From contig OZ059897.1 of NCBI GenBank assembly GCA_964057225.1, positions 9,858,001 through 9,922,000 of the forward strand: a stretch of DNA of 64,000 nt. The letters run 5' to 3'. The DNA comes from Auanema rhodensis. Taxonomy: Eukaryota > Animalia > Nematoda. The notes under the pieces are model-generated. The model saw nothing but the letters and a program-made list of their open reading frames with translations. It had not been told where the DNA came from and searched no databases. Shown here piece after piece: positions 12,764-25,712 of the stretch; position 1 is the stretch's first letter, and each line of letters begins with the position of its first letter. Both the position numbers and the translations under genes were made by a program.

Positions 12764-12978
12764 ACAAGTGACGGTCCAGTTGAATGATACAGCTAATTGA
12801 AAGCATGTTCTTGTAGTAATAAATAAAAAGAGATTGAAACATGTAAAATATCCGGAAGTAATGATGAATTTATATAGAGTGTATAAGAATTTTACTTCAG
12901 AATCAGTATTTTTATTAGCCCAATGCTATATTTTCCTTATTCACTTAATCTGGGACCTTTTCGACCTATTCCTTATTT

Positions 12979-15042
12979 ATGCTAAGAATTTTTCTGCAAT
13001 TTTTATCGAAAGCTGCTAATTTCTTAGGCGCGGGATTGCCTTGGAATAGTTGTAATAACGATCATAACAGCGGAAGTACGGTTCAATAAAATCAATAAGA
13101 ATAAATTAAATTTCAAATTTAGGGTGTTTTCACTCGAAAAATCCATGTATGATGCTAAATTTCTCGCCATCACCTGATGAAGAGAAAGCGTCCTCATTCT
13201 TTTTAGGGTATGATAAAGAAATCATAGAATTTGCTGCAAAAGTGAAATAATTACAGAATAAAAAGAGATGTATGCTTTATTACCGATATTCCTGCCATGC
13301 ATTCTCAAATGGAGCGAGGATTAGAAACTCAAGAAGGGATTGATTGGATTCGGAATGAAGCTATGGGACAATTCATGTCTGTTGATCATTCTGTTCAATA
13401 GTTACATCAATTTAGGTTTTGGAATATCAATTTCGACAAACTTACAGTACCATATTATCCATCTATTTCCTTTATAATTTTAACATTTGTATGTGTTTCC
13501 TTGCTTTATATAATTTCACAATCAAGCAACCGCATTATTATGAGTGTAAGTATCGTAAGAATACACTCGATATTTCCTCATTATAGGTTGCTAAAGCAGG
13601 CATCATTGTTCTTGTTTCTGTTATCTTCATCCTTACTCTACATTTTTTGTCTGCTGTAGAGATCCCACCTCAGATTCTTCGACCTGTTCATTTTTTCGAT
13701 GTTTTAGACAGTCATATGTGGATATCTGCTGTTTTACTGGTAGATAACAGAATAAGTTTCAATTTAACAAGTAGTCGTTCAGAGTCTGTCAGCTTTAAAA
13801 GTGGGGCAAGGTGGTTTGTCTTATTTAGGAGCCCAAAATAAATTCAACCATAATTTGATGAGGTTTTTTAGGAGAATCTATAAGTTTTTAAACAAATTTT
13901 AAAATTTCAGAAATAGCTTTCTATACCTGATTATAATGATTTTCATGCCTATGTTTTATGCTGTAATTCATCTCATGATAATTCATAATTCAACCTCCTA
14001 TATCAATAGTAATTCAAAATTATAGTAATAATCTTTTTTTTATTTTTAGGAGACAAATTTGTCGATCATCCAACAATGAAGAGATACATTTCTCATCCTA
14101 TTATTCAAATTTTATTCTTAATGCAAGGGATGAACTCTACCAACGAGACCTACGGAATCTTTTTCTTCTGTATTATGGGTATTTTACTCGTACTTTGTAA
14201 TTCGGTTAAATAAGTATTCAAAACTCTTTTAATACCTTATGTTTAGCTGATTCGACTTGAAATACTTGTTTCATCAATGATAGAAGCTTTCCCCTTTTTC
14301 ACATACGATGGCAGAAACAGTCGTAGTGCTGTAGTTTGTATCATTTTGTGTTTTGTGTTCATGTATTCTTTCTTATTTGTCAGTTCGGTAGTTAGTACTT
14401 GTTATTTTTCTATTAATCTGTCGTTTTTCAGAATGGCTTTGCAATACAGTTAGCTTTAGATGATTTAGTTTATCCTGATATTGTCTTGGTTATAATCTTG
14501 TTCCAACTGCTTGCTGTTTGCTGTTGTTACGGCCCAAAACGTCTTTTCACAAACATCAGTTGTATGATCCACAGCACAAAAATAGTGATTAATTTCAAAA
14601 AACGATATCAAACTTTATTTATAAACTTCAGGATGTCTTTTTTTCAAATATTTTCAACATGATAGTTGCTATTCTTTGGACTGTCGTAATTCCTGCTGTA
14701 GTCTTGGTAATACATGTTTTCTGAACTACAGTCAATTCAAATTCAGTTTGTTCTTTATTCTCGAGTCAAGCAACAGTATGAATCGGATTATGCAAATATT
14801 CTGGAAGTACCATCATTAATAAGATTTGGAATTTTGTCTTTAATTCCTGTAATTATGTTCCAAAGGGTTGTTTTTCCGAAATTAACATTCTTACTTATAA
14901 TTTGCAGCTCATGAACTATTATGCAGTTGGAAAAGATATTTTCGCCTTGTTCAAACCTCACCGAGAGCTTTGGGGCCCAAAATCAAAGAAAGACAGAGAT
15001 CGCGTACACAAAAAGGAAAAAGAATTTCTCATTCAATATTAA
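12979..15042 (+). pseudogene. 5'-truncated duplicate of the SLC6-like gene; starts at an internal in-frame Met (MLRIFLQF...)
   Basis: Second copy of 9639-11702. It lacks the N-terminus and the first TM segments. Confidence 0.7.
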
Positions 15043-15204
15043 CTCAAGGAGCATTTACTGTAATATTTTGCATTTAATACTGAACATTACTGTTTGAATG
15101 CCTTAAATCAGAGAGGGTAAATATATAATTATGCTATTTATTCACAGGTCTATGATTTTTTGACAATATTGTCAATCTAGTATTAATGTTTTTCACATCT
15201 AGTT

Positions 15205-15913
15205 TCATTCAAATATATCAGGAGTTTCTTGTACTTCATCTATTTCATCACTCATTGATTCTTCTGCTGTTTCTAATTCTATATCATCCTCAGTCTCGGC
15301 TGTTTGATCGGCCGCACTTTCTATAGCGCTCTCTTCTAGTATATCAGTTTCAGTCAGCTGAAAAATAATTTAAGCGCAAGCATACTATAATAACCAAACG
15401 TCATTTTCATTGTCTTCCCCGCCTAATTGAGAATCATCGGCATTTTGCTTAGTTCTAATTGTATAATCAGGCCAGCCATCAAGAGCATCTTCCAAAAATT
15501 CGAACATCCAGTTCGTTTTAATTACACGATCTGTAAAACTTTAGGATTTATAGAAGAAACCTATTGAAAGGAATACCAATATCTTTACGCTGAACAGTTT
15601 TTCTTCTTTCATTCGCCGCCTGCGTATAGCAAGCCTTTGCAAATTCTGCAATGAAGAGTTCCTAAAGAAACGTAAAGTCAGACTTTGCGAGTATAATAGA
15701 CACCGTAGATTTTGTTACAAGCCTTACTGCATCGGAATTTAGCATGTGTACCTAAATTAAACTAAATAATCACACTTTGCCAGTTTTACTTACATCAGGA
15801 TCTAATTTACATATTTTTTTAATTTTTGAAAGAGGTAGTTCACTATGCAATATCTGATCAATGCGGCTTTCTAATTCGTCCATTAATTGTGAGTCATCAA
15901 TAATCACATCCAT
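15205..15913 (-). CDS. POLE4-like histone-fold protein; copy 2 (identical duplicate, with its upstream region)
   Basis: Exact copy of 11865-12573 shifted by 3,340 bp. Confidence 0.8.
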
Positions 15914-16435
15914 CTTAATTATATAAATAAACTTATAATATAATTTATAAACTTTTTTCTGAACACAATAAATGAGAAAAAATAATAAAAAGTAATAAAT
16001 AAATAATTTCAAAAAATGCAAAATAACGTGTAAACTAGAATAGAATATCGTTACCAGTCGATAAACTATAGAAATATTTTAAATGGTTGATTTCGCGCCA
16101 AAAACAAGTGACGGTCCAGTTGAATGATACAGCTAATTGAAAGCATGTTCTTGTAGTAATAAATAAAAAGAGATTGAAACATGTAAAATATCCGGAAGTA
16201 ATGATGAATTTATATAGAGTGTATAAGAATTTTACTTCAGAATCAGTATTTTTATTAGCCCAATGCTATATTTTCCTTATTCACTTAATCTGGGACCTTT
16301 TCGACCTATTCCTTATTTACAATCGGAAACGCCGACGAATGAGCTTGACTTAGTGAACAAATCAAGCGAGTAAAGTTTAAGTTCATGCGACACGGCAGAC
16401 TACTTTTACTTTGGTAAGCGCTTGTGGCTGGTAAC

Positions 16436-18929
16436 ATGCGTTACGGCAAAGTTTACTTTTATGATCGTATGGGAAATCGAGAACCCACAGAAGCCGATAA
16501 GATAAAAGGTATATTTTAATTTTCTTTTTAGTATCTTCGACATTTCTTATAGAAGCTTTAGAAAATTTCGATGCTCCAAAATTTAGGCCTCCTGAAATTG
16601 GAGAATATCGAAATAGTGGAAATCAGCTAAGAGGTTTTTATTTGGAAAAAAGACATTTCTATATATTTTATATAGATTTACCTTTGGAGTCACCTCCTAT
16701 TTATACCGGGGCAGATCCCTTATTACCTCGTTTTTCTCCTGGCTCGGATAATTTTGGTTGAACTAGTTATGAACCAAAGTTAAATATTTCACTTTCAGCT
16801 CATGGCAGCAGCACCAACCATAAGTTTGAGCATGATTTGCAACTCTGCGAATCTCCAATAACTAGGTGAAACACGTAAACAACTCTATATCATTAAAAAT
16901 GAATAACTATAGGACGAACAAAGTGAATTTCGAAGAACCACGAGAATTCAACCCAATTAAAACTATCTCGTTACGTGAGGATTTAGAGACAACTATTGAT
17001 AATGGTTTATGCACCTTTCCATATTTATTTATCGTCACGTGTTAATTTAGGTGTTATCAAAGGCTTAGGTAGAAAGGAAACAGGGTTGGAAGAAGAATTT
17101 GATAAAATTCACGTACCAGAATTTAACTATTCATTTGTAAGCCATAACTTTGATAGATTTTTAAAATGCGTCACTTTAATTCTTATAGCAAAGGGAAAAT
17201 AAATTTCAAAGCAACGATTATGCTTTATATGATCTGTGTTCTCAATGTAGATTAGAAGGGGAAATGGTTTCCAAATGGAAGGTTTGATCTGGAGTTTATA
17301 CTTTTCACGAACAATTGGAGTGCCATTGTTATAGGCGGATGCCGAGAAAGAAATTGAAAAGCATAGAAGATTTGCAGATCGAGCTACACTGTATGAACGA
17401 GAAATGGAAAAAAAAGAAGATAATTTTCAAAAAGTTAATGTGTACTTAATTTTTTAGAAAATAATTTTGATTTTCAAGGAAAAACAAGCTCAAGTTGAAG
17501 CATTATATAAACATATAGATCAAACGAATCAGGAAATCATAGCAGAACAGCGTATGAGAAACATAAAAAGCCCCGAGGTCCATATATATTATAAAATACC
17601 TATACTATTTCCTATTTCAGACAGACTATTATATATTCAAAAATCGACCAGAGGAATTTGTAGAAGACATTCAAATGAAAAAACAGCAGTTAGATCGAAT
17701 TTTATCTCAGCAAATTGAGGAAAAAAAGCAACGAGACAGTGAGTTGGCTAGAAAAGAACTACAACTTGACAGTTTGCGCAATCATCAAGCAGCCGAAGAG
17801 TTTGTTTTTTTTCTGAATTAATTAATTTTTTTCAAGTTTAGATTTGCAAAAATAAGAGATTTGGAACAGAAAAGAGCTCAGCAAAACCAAGATAGATGGA
17901 AGAAGCAATTGGAATTACAAGTAAAAAGATTACATATTCTATCCCAGATTAGTATTATTTGAAATGAGTACATTTCTATTTTATTCTATTATTTATTTAT
18001 TAACAAATAATTCTCAATTCAAATATATGAAAAAATCTATACTTAGTTTGACGAATTAGCCCTAATTCTCTTTGTTTAATATTTTTTTATTAAAAAGTTC
18101 GTTTTGTAAAAAAAATGAAGACACAATGTGATTTTTATATTAATATTTTACTTTATAGGATAAGATTATGAAAAATACTTATGAAATAAACTAATTAAAC
18201 GAAATATTCTCATGATTTTAGATGGAATTGCAAAAATCTATGCCGCCAACCGACCAAAATTGGATATGGTGGGCTGAAAGACCAGACGAACATGGATGGC
18301 GCGAAGCCAGATTAAAAACTAAAGATGATCAAGTTGAAAGAAATATATTTTTGAAGTAAATTTTTCATTTCAAATGTTAAGAGCAGTGTGTTGTTTTTTA
18401 GAAATTCCTCCAAGCGGTTAGAGCAGTTCGTAAAAGATCAAAAAGACATGGATTCAATGTTGCGTGCAGCAAAGCAAGAACATTACACGAAACTAAGAGA
18501 AAAAGTGATTATTCCTGTTCATTTTTTGTTATTTTTATTATTTTTCTATCTTTTCAGCTTCATCAGAATTCAGAACTTATATTTGGCGCAAAAAATACAA
18601 CATTGCCAATTCAACGGCCTGTGATAATTCAAACAAATCTTCAGGTTTCTTTCGCTTGATATGAAAATCAAAAAAGATATTGTAAAGGTAGAAGCGGCTT
18701 GGCGAAATGCTCATGAGCAAAATGAAAAAAAGTATCGTATTCTTCAGGAAAATACGGATACGAAAGGAACAAAATTAGGTATAAATGAATCAACTGTATT
18801 CGTTACATGTTTTTGGATTTTGCAGAAAAGGAGATTGGTTTAGAATCATCTTGTGCTCGATGTGCTCGTTGTACAAAACCTTTAAATCGAAAAGAAACTT
18901 TTATATTATCAAAAGAACGAATATATTAG
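16436..18929 (+). CDS. Coiled-coil protein resembling the C-terminal two-thirds of CCDC81; multi-exon
   Basis: Starts MRYGKVYFYDRMGNREP. Spliced exons give LCSQCR, YYIFKNRPEEF...KQQLDRILSQQIEEKKQR...LDSLRNHQAAEEFAKIR...WKKQLELQMELQKSMPP and a C-terminal CARCARC. The layout parallels the remembered CCDC81 sequence (LCYVCLQ, FLFDKRP, YKRALDAQ...LPP, RCKQCQR). Confidence 0.65.
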
Positions 18930-19436
18930 TATAATACCTCTGTTTCTATATAATTTTTACTTTTGCAAAATGAAATAATACCAAAAACACCAAAAAAAAA
19001 CATTACTTAATCATAACTCATGTTATTATTTAACAATTTTTTCTTATTCATCCGATCTCACATTATACTTACCATTTGCTTTTTTTTAATTATTTGAAAG
19101 TAAGTTTCGAATGTATTTGAAAGCTGAACCAAGTTTTTGTATTTGGTTCATGTATAGCTTGTTTTGAACTGTACAGTTTAGTAGCATACATCATACATAC
19201 GACATATATGTATAAACATGTATGCATGTATACACAAATAATGAAAATTGTTTCATATATTCTTTGATTTCGTCAAATATTTCATATTCTGTCAAATTTT
19301 CTTTGATAATCTTTCTTAATCGCATAATGAATTATAGTATTGTTCAACAAATGCTTCGTTAACAATATAAAACATGCAATTTAACTTTAAAACTAATCTT
19401 TCAAAGCTTTTCTAGAAATATATGTTTGAGAATAAA

Positions 19437-20912
19437 TTATGCCCAAGCTATCTTTTTGTTATTTGATTTCCTATCACGGTCATCCAAATTAGGAGAATCC
19501 AGGGAAACAGAAGGCTCTACAGCAGATTGACTTTGTGTTGGTCGAAAAATGTTTGTTATACGATTGCTTGAAGGTGTTATCACAGATCCATTTCCTGAGA
19601 CGGATTCTCGACTGGCAGATCTGCCAACAGAAAGTAAACTCTTCCTTCGAGACAGCCACCGGCGCGGCTGAATAGTAGGGGAAGACGATGACGATTGTGA
19701 TGATGATAGTGATGACATCTTAATAATATAAGATTTGTGAATATGTGCAAAACGAGAACGATTACCTGCTCTAATGTTCCTTTATGACTAACTTTTTCTT
19801 CCCAACTTTCTAAAGCTGCGCGAAATGTGGGGCTAATGGATACAACTTCTCCTGTATTATGTTCATATTGGCATGATGCTCTGAAAAACTTATTTTTAAA
19901 AAGGATAAAACTCTATTTTTGCACCTTTTAAGGCTGACATTATAATAACTCATTATGTATTGAATAACAAACGTTTGAGATAAGCAAATATCATCAGAAC
20001 ATAGCAAAACTCTGTGATCTTTATGTCTACGAGCTTCATCAATCTTTTCGTTCACTCTACGAAATTGGAGTAAAATTTCCTATTTAATCAGAACATATAC
20101 TGAGAATCAAAAAAAAATAATTAAACCATTGTAGACGACTGATCATCCAATAAAACGCTTAACTCCTCAGGCTCAATAGAGTCCACTGAGCACGCACAAT
20201 CTCTCTCAGAGCTTAGCAGTGCAGGATTTATACTAATACCACTGAGGTTCTAAAAATGAAATCATGCTATAAAGTTCATTTATTAAGAATACCACAATAT
20301 ATTTGATTTTCTTTTTGCATAAATACTTATGACTTTTAACTGCTTGACTGGCTGCTAAATCCAAGAATGGCAAAGCCTAGACATGATTATTAATTTTTTT
20401 AATTATTTAAAAATAACCGTAACGGATTTCATTTCATCACCAAAATCATTTGATGGTACCGGGCCTAGAACAGTTTTGATGAAGGACTGCCCTGCTAGCT
20501 GAAACCGAAACAATCAGTCACAACTTTTTAACATAAGTTCAAAAAGATGTTGTATTAAATATAAACCTCTTGTGGGCTAGATTTGCATTCCGAGCTTCTT
20601 GAATCGTCTAGAGATAATGAGGAAAAAGCTCGGTGTTCAGCAGATGAATGGCGCGGTCGTCTTGGTTCAACGGTAATAAACTGAACTCACAACCATATAA
20701 GAAATAGAATATCAACAAAAACTTACCTTTGAAGTGATCGAGCTATTAGATGGTGTAGATCTTATACGAGAACTCGCAGATAAGGAACTATACATGAATA
20801 ATATTTGTTATCGTTTTTGAAAGACTTACCGACTGGGAATAACGACTTCTTCTTCAGGACCCTCAGGGCCTGTTTGAGATCTGTTAAGAAAACGAGGTCT
20901 CGAAGAGTTCAT
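19437..20912 (-). CDS. Dual-specificity phosphatase-like (DUSP fold) protein with a degenerate catalytic loop; Ser-rich termini
   Basis: Spliced exons give ALPFLDLAASQAVKSHKYLCKKKIKYI-NLS, FRRVNEKIDEARRHKDHRVLLCSDDICLSQTFVIQYIMSYYNVSLKRA and ISPTFRAALESWEEK. This follows the DUSP pattern LPFLYLG...FIDEAR...VLVHCxxGxSRS...AYLM...SL...SPNF. Confidence 0.65.
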
Positions 20913-22158
20913 TTTTTCTAGCACTTTAATAAAAAGCTATAGTATATACTATGGATTGATTTCCGAAATGTTTATTAAACTACTGATGCTCTAAAAATTA
21001 AAACTTCATTAATTTGAAGAGGGGGCACATACGAAGACAAAATTTAAAACAAATTTATTCGGTTCAACATAAGGTTTTGAAGGATTAACTAGAATCAAAG
21101 AATCTAAATGTGACTGAAGACTCGAAAAATGATTTTAAAGAAAAGAATAATCAATTCATTGGTTTAATAAGCTTCCTGCTAAAGTAAGCAAGACTACTAA
21201 TATGAGCCGATGGTTGCTAGGTTTGGACCGAAAGAGACAACAGCGGATGAGTCTGCTTACTCTCCTTCTCTTCCTTCTACATCTTTTGTTATCATAGCTA
21301 CCTACTATTATAGTCAACTAGTCTTCTTTATTCATTTTCTGCATTACAGATTGCAGAATAATTAAGCGTATTCAAAAGAAGCTACCATTATTTCAAAGTA
21401 AATGTTAAAATTTGTATTTTCATATAGAATACGACTGATAACCAATGATTATGGGTCATCTTATACATATAAAAAATAAAATGCAGATAATTTATAATTG
21501 AAATTATATAATTTGTTTTTTCTGAAGGCTGACTTGAAACTCGTGAACATTTTGAATGCTTCTTGAATTATTCTTGAGGTATTTCTAACTAGCATTTCCT
21601 TTATATTGAGTCATTTCAAAATCTTCCTCAATCAAGAAAAGGTTGTTCATATTTTATTTCACGTTGATGTTTAAATCTTTCAGTGAAATTAATTATCACA
21701 TTGAAGCCATATGTTATGACTAAATAATTTAATTATATATTATATATATACAAATGATATTGAAGCTGTTGCTGATGAATTATACCATATTGCAAGAATC
21801 ATGTGGTAGCCTAATGATTTATTAAGTAATCACAGAATATTGCTTAATTGGATTCAAATTATTACTTTTTCAAAAATCATCAATGCTCTAATCTGTTGAG
21901 AGCAATATCTTTGTCAGTGAATAGAAGAAATTAAAATTCTTGAGTGTCGAGAGAACTCATTTCTCTGAATATGGGTGGCCAAACCAATACAGCGACACTG
22001 CGTTGGTGTCGTAGAAGACACAAAGAAAAGATGCTCTATTGCGAAACGCTCGCGTAGAATGTAATATGATTTTAGCACCGCCCGAATTTTTCATGAATTT
22101 AGAATACTTATTTCATTATATATTTTTTAATATTCTATATTTACTAATATTTTAGCTA

Positions 22159-22824
22159 ATGAGCGGTCGAAAGATCGCTGCAGCTACGGTTCAAAACCGT
22201 ACTCAGACTCCTTTTTGGAATTGGCTGAGAAATAAGCTTTTGGCTGTTGATCGTCAACCGATCACCCCACCACCAGGTATTGCTGGACCTGATGGCAAAG
22301 TATAGTATCTGTTTCAAAGCAATATTTAAATGTTTATTGTATTAGGCTGTTTATCAGAATCCTGTCCGTTTTCCCAACACTCAATCAGCTAGACCTGGCT
22401 CTCAGGAGCAACCAGCTATTCCCGGTGGTGTTCATCATCTCTTGAGTGCCAACTATTATTACGGAAGGTTTTATTTTTTTTAGTTCTCATATTAACTGAG
22501 CTTTTAGAGATGGACGCCGTGAAGTTGTTCCCCCTCAACCACTGTACTCAGCCAATCAAACCTCAGTTCAATACGGTACTCAAACTGGTAACGAACTGAA
22601 GTAATACTTTTTCTTAATCCTTATTCTTAATGAAGTGCAATTTTAGAAAGGAGGAAGCTATACAGGTCAACTTTGGTCCTGATTCAAACTTTGGTCTCCA
22701 GGCACCTACGCCCGGATTTGGAGCTGTATGGTCTAGAAGCCGTCAGAATGAATTAAGCTCACCAATGAACGATCCTGATCTTGAGCGTACTGAGAAATTT
22801 GATAAGTTTGCCTCTAGCAAGTAA
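22159..22824 (+). CDS. NDUFA7: NADH:ubiquinone oxidoreductase subunit A7 (B14.5a)
   Basis: TPFWNWLRNKLLAVDR, NPVRFPNTQSARP, PGGVHHLLSANYYYGRDGRREVVPP and APTPGFG. Confidence 0.88.
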
Positions 22825-22992
22825 TTTTAATTTACTTCGGCAATTATTCAATGTTTTTTCGTTCTGTATATTTAATAGGGTACTTATATAGAATGTATTA
22901 AAAAACTTTTCCTGGTTTTATTCGTTTGGTTTCAACCATGTCATACTTGCATTTACTATTGTTTATTTGTTCATTTTAAAATTTAGTTCAGA

Positions 22993-23349
22993 ATGCGTCC
23001 TTCTGTCGTTAGCATGGGTAAACACTTTGGAAATCTCGGCAAGGTATTTTGTTTTTTATGTATCAGCCTGAAACCTTTTTATAGATGTACGGAGAGTACA
23101 GATTTGCCCTTGCTCCTAATGAGCAGAAAGCCTTCAAGGGATTCTTAGACCAAGCTTTCGTCAAGGTATTTTTGATTAATGTTAATGTTTAGTTTGCTGC
23201 TTTTCTAGACTTTCAAGAGCTACGTTTGGGATCAATGGTATTTCTACCTCCCACAAGCTGTCGGAGCTTACCTCATCTATGACTGGGCTAAGAAGACCAA
23301 CTACAAGGCCGGTCGCAAAAACCCAGCTGACTATGCCAACGATCAATAA
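22993..23349 (+). CDS. UQCRQ: Cytochrome bc1 complex subunit 8 (QCR8/UQCRQ)
   Basis: MGKHFGNLGK-MYGEYRFALAPNEQKAF...YLIYDWAKK...RKNPADYANDQ*; three exons. Confidence 0.92.
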
Positions 23350-23595
23350 GTTAGATCTTGTAGAATAGATTGACTGAATGAACTATTAGATCATGTTTGT
23401 ATTTGTTCCGTCCAATTAGACACGTTATCCATAGTGAGTTAGGAAAAATAAGTTTTTATTATATTTCTACCGTCATATTAATTTAGATAAGCGTGTGATG
23501 AGATATTCAAAAAAATTTTTTTTCTGTCATGTTAAAACTATTTATTTCAAAGTTTATTTCATCTTTATTGATAATATCAAAAAAAATTTCGATTT

Positions 23596-25712
23596 TTACA
23601 TGAATAAGTTCCTCCCGTTATATTGAGATAATTCAAGATCAGATCGACTTGCATAAACTGAAGCTCTGTCTACGAAATCAAAGTCATCTAAAGCAGGAGC
23701 GAAGGCGCTAACAGGTTGGCCTGTTTCTAAGGTCTAAGAGATTGAAAATAGTTTAAAAGTTAGTATTAGTTTTACCGTTTTATCCACTTTTCCTAACAAC
23801 CCGAGCCTGGCAAGTGCTTGCAACTGATTCATACCAGCAGTTAGTCCAGAAATTCCTTTATTCATATTTATTGATTGTGCCATCTAAGTAGAACCATTTT
23901 TAATTTTTTTTGCAAAATATGAGAAAGATTAACCTGCAACATTTTCCCTGCTATCTCTTTAGCTTTACCTACATGTCTTCCCATGTAATGTACATGGTCA
24001 ATCATTTCGGCAGCGACGAAGTCGATCGTAATGGTAACCAAAATTACCCCAAATATGATGAATATTACAAGATGAATTATGTTGATTTTGGGCTGTAAAT
24101 TGAATAACTGAAGTCGTATTGAAAATATATCTATACGTACGGTAATATCTCCAAATCCAATAGTAAAAATGGATGTTAACGAGAAATAAATAGCATCCAA
24201 AAATGATAATTCTGCATATAAATGGAAGATCAAGCCACCAAAGATAGGGTAAGAGAATAAGAGTGATAGAAATACGATGGTTGGTATTGTGATAGACTGA
24301 AAGTTATTTGAAAATATTTTTCTTAATTCTAAAGTTTGTGTTATTACATCTTCAAACCATCTAGTTATCAATTGACTTATGAATTTTCCTGTATCAGCCA
24401 TGGTTACAAGAGCTAAAGGTATACCTATCATTCCATAAACAATAACTAATATTCTTCCGGTTGATGTTATTGGCCATATATATCCATATCCTTGAATAAT
24501 GGTCGAATCTTATGAATAATCAACATTAATGCCTACCAACTGGAATGATAGTAGTAGTAGTGAATAACACAGCGTCTGAGAATGTCCACCAATCAGCTTC
24601 CACATTGTGATTTGTATAATGAGATTCGAAAACCTGAAGTATGATAGAATTTCGTTTGTATTCTGACAAATAGCTTTAATTAACAAAGTTCGGACGGAGT
24701 GAGTAAAGTAAACTGGGTAAACCTACATCGGCATGGTAGGACTCTTCAAACATGAGGAACAATGATTTAATATATTCATCCAGAAATTTTTCTACATGTT
24801 TTTCTTCAGCAAAAGTTAAGTTGTTGATTAAGTGCTAAAATAACGAAGTATTAAATACAGAGAAAGGACTTGTGATACCGAAGTCATAATATTATATTTT
24901 CGAGTTGCTTTTTCTCTAATACTCAAAACAACAGGTTTTTCAACCATTTGAAAAACATAAGCTCCACATAGAATATAAGTAATACAAGTAGCTATAAGAC
25001 CTATATGAAGTAGAGCTGTTCGGATGTTCTGAGAGAGCCGATGATTAGAATTAATAAACAGGGTGAGAAAACCTACAATACGTTTGAGACAGCTAATACT
25101 CTCTTGGCATTCATCTTTTGCCATATCTGAAGATGTAGATGGTTTAGGTTGTATTCTGAGAATATAGGATAATCTTCGGATCATGATTGTAGTATAATAC
25201 GAGTAAGGTGAGATATATTTTAACGACAATAAGTAAAAGTAAGTAAACACGAAAATTTAAAATTCATGAACTTTTCAATTTATATTATAAAAAATCTAGA
25301 TATAAGTGACGCATTGTGAAAAGTAAAAAGTCTAGTGGTTAGTAAAAATAGTATTTCTATAAACGTATTATAAGAGGTCATTGTCAAGTTCTTTTCATAT
25401 GTTTCGGTTTCTCTCTTGATGACAAGCTAATAACTCTGTCTGACACGCGAATAGCTCGTAACCAATCCTATTCTTATTAATTTTTGGAACATTATTTCTC
25501 CCTCGGGTCCCAGATCACAACATCGAAGAATCGACACTTTCTATTCATTTACAAGTGAAAAGAAATAGTTAGAGAAGTAATGTAGTATTTAATTTATTCA
25601 TGTAAGATAAACAAAATTTAACAATATCTATAGTAGCCAAATAAAAACTAAATTTGTATTTACCTGAAGATGTAACCAAGGTCGAATCGAGACTTGGTCG
25701 TTCGTCTACCAT
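23596..25712 (-). CDS. Two-pore-domain potassium channel (TWK family); 5' exon uncertain (ATG at 25712 or 25184)
   Basis: TM1 HIGLIATCITYILCGAYVFQMVE; P1 WTFSDAVLFTTTTIIPVGYGYIWP; GIPLALVTMADTGKF; P2 FLDAIYFSLTSIFTIGFGDI; DHVHYMGR. Confidence 0.88.

Larger units (their letters stand above)
9638..16319. repeat. Direct tandem duplication with a 3,340-bp unit (9638-12977 and 12978-16317) and 2-bp TA microhomology at the junction
   Basis: Sequence at 9638 (TATGCTAAGAATTTTTCTG...) recurs at 12978, and identity continues to 16319 (CCTTATTTA). ORF pairs 10307/13647, 11374/14714 and 12430/15770 are identical and offset by 3,340. No mismatch was seen by eye. Confidence 0.97.

Noticed and set aside
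9638-16319. Duplication as a transposon or LTR element
   Set aside because: No terminal repeats or transposase; the content is ordinary intron-containing host genes.
16431-16444. GTAACATGCGTTAC palindrome as an RFX/X-box for the CCDC81-like gene
   Set aside because: Does not fit the X-box consensus and overlaps the predicted start codon.
21161-21185. GGTTTAAT start resembling an SL1 spliced-leader gene
   Set aside because: The match ends after 8 nt, with no rest of the leader, donor or Sm site.
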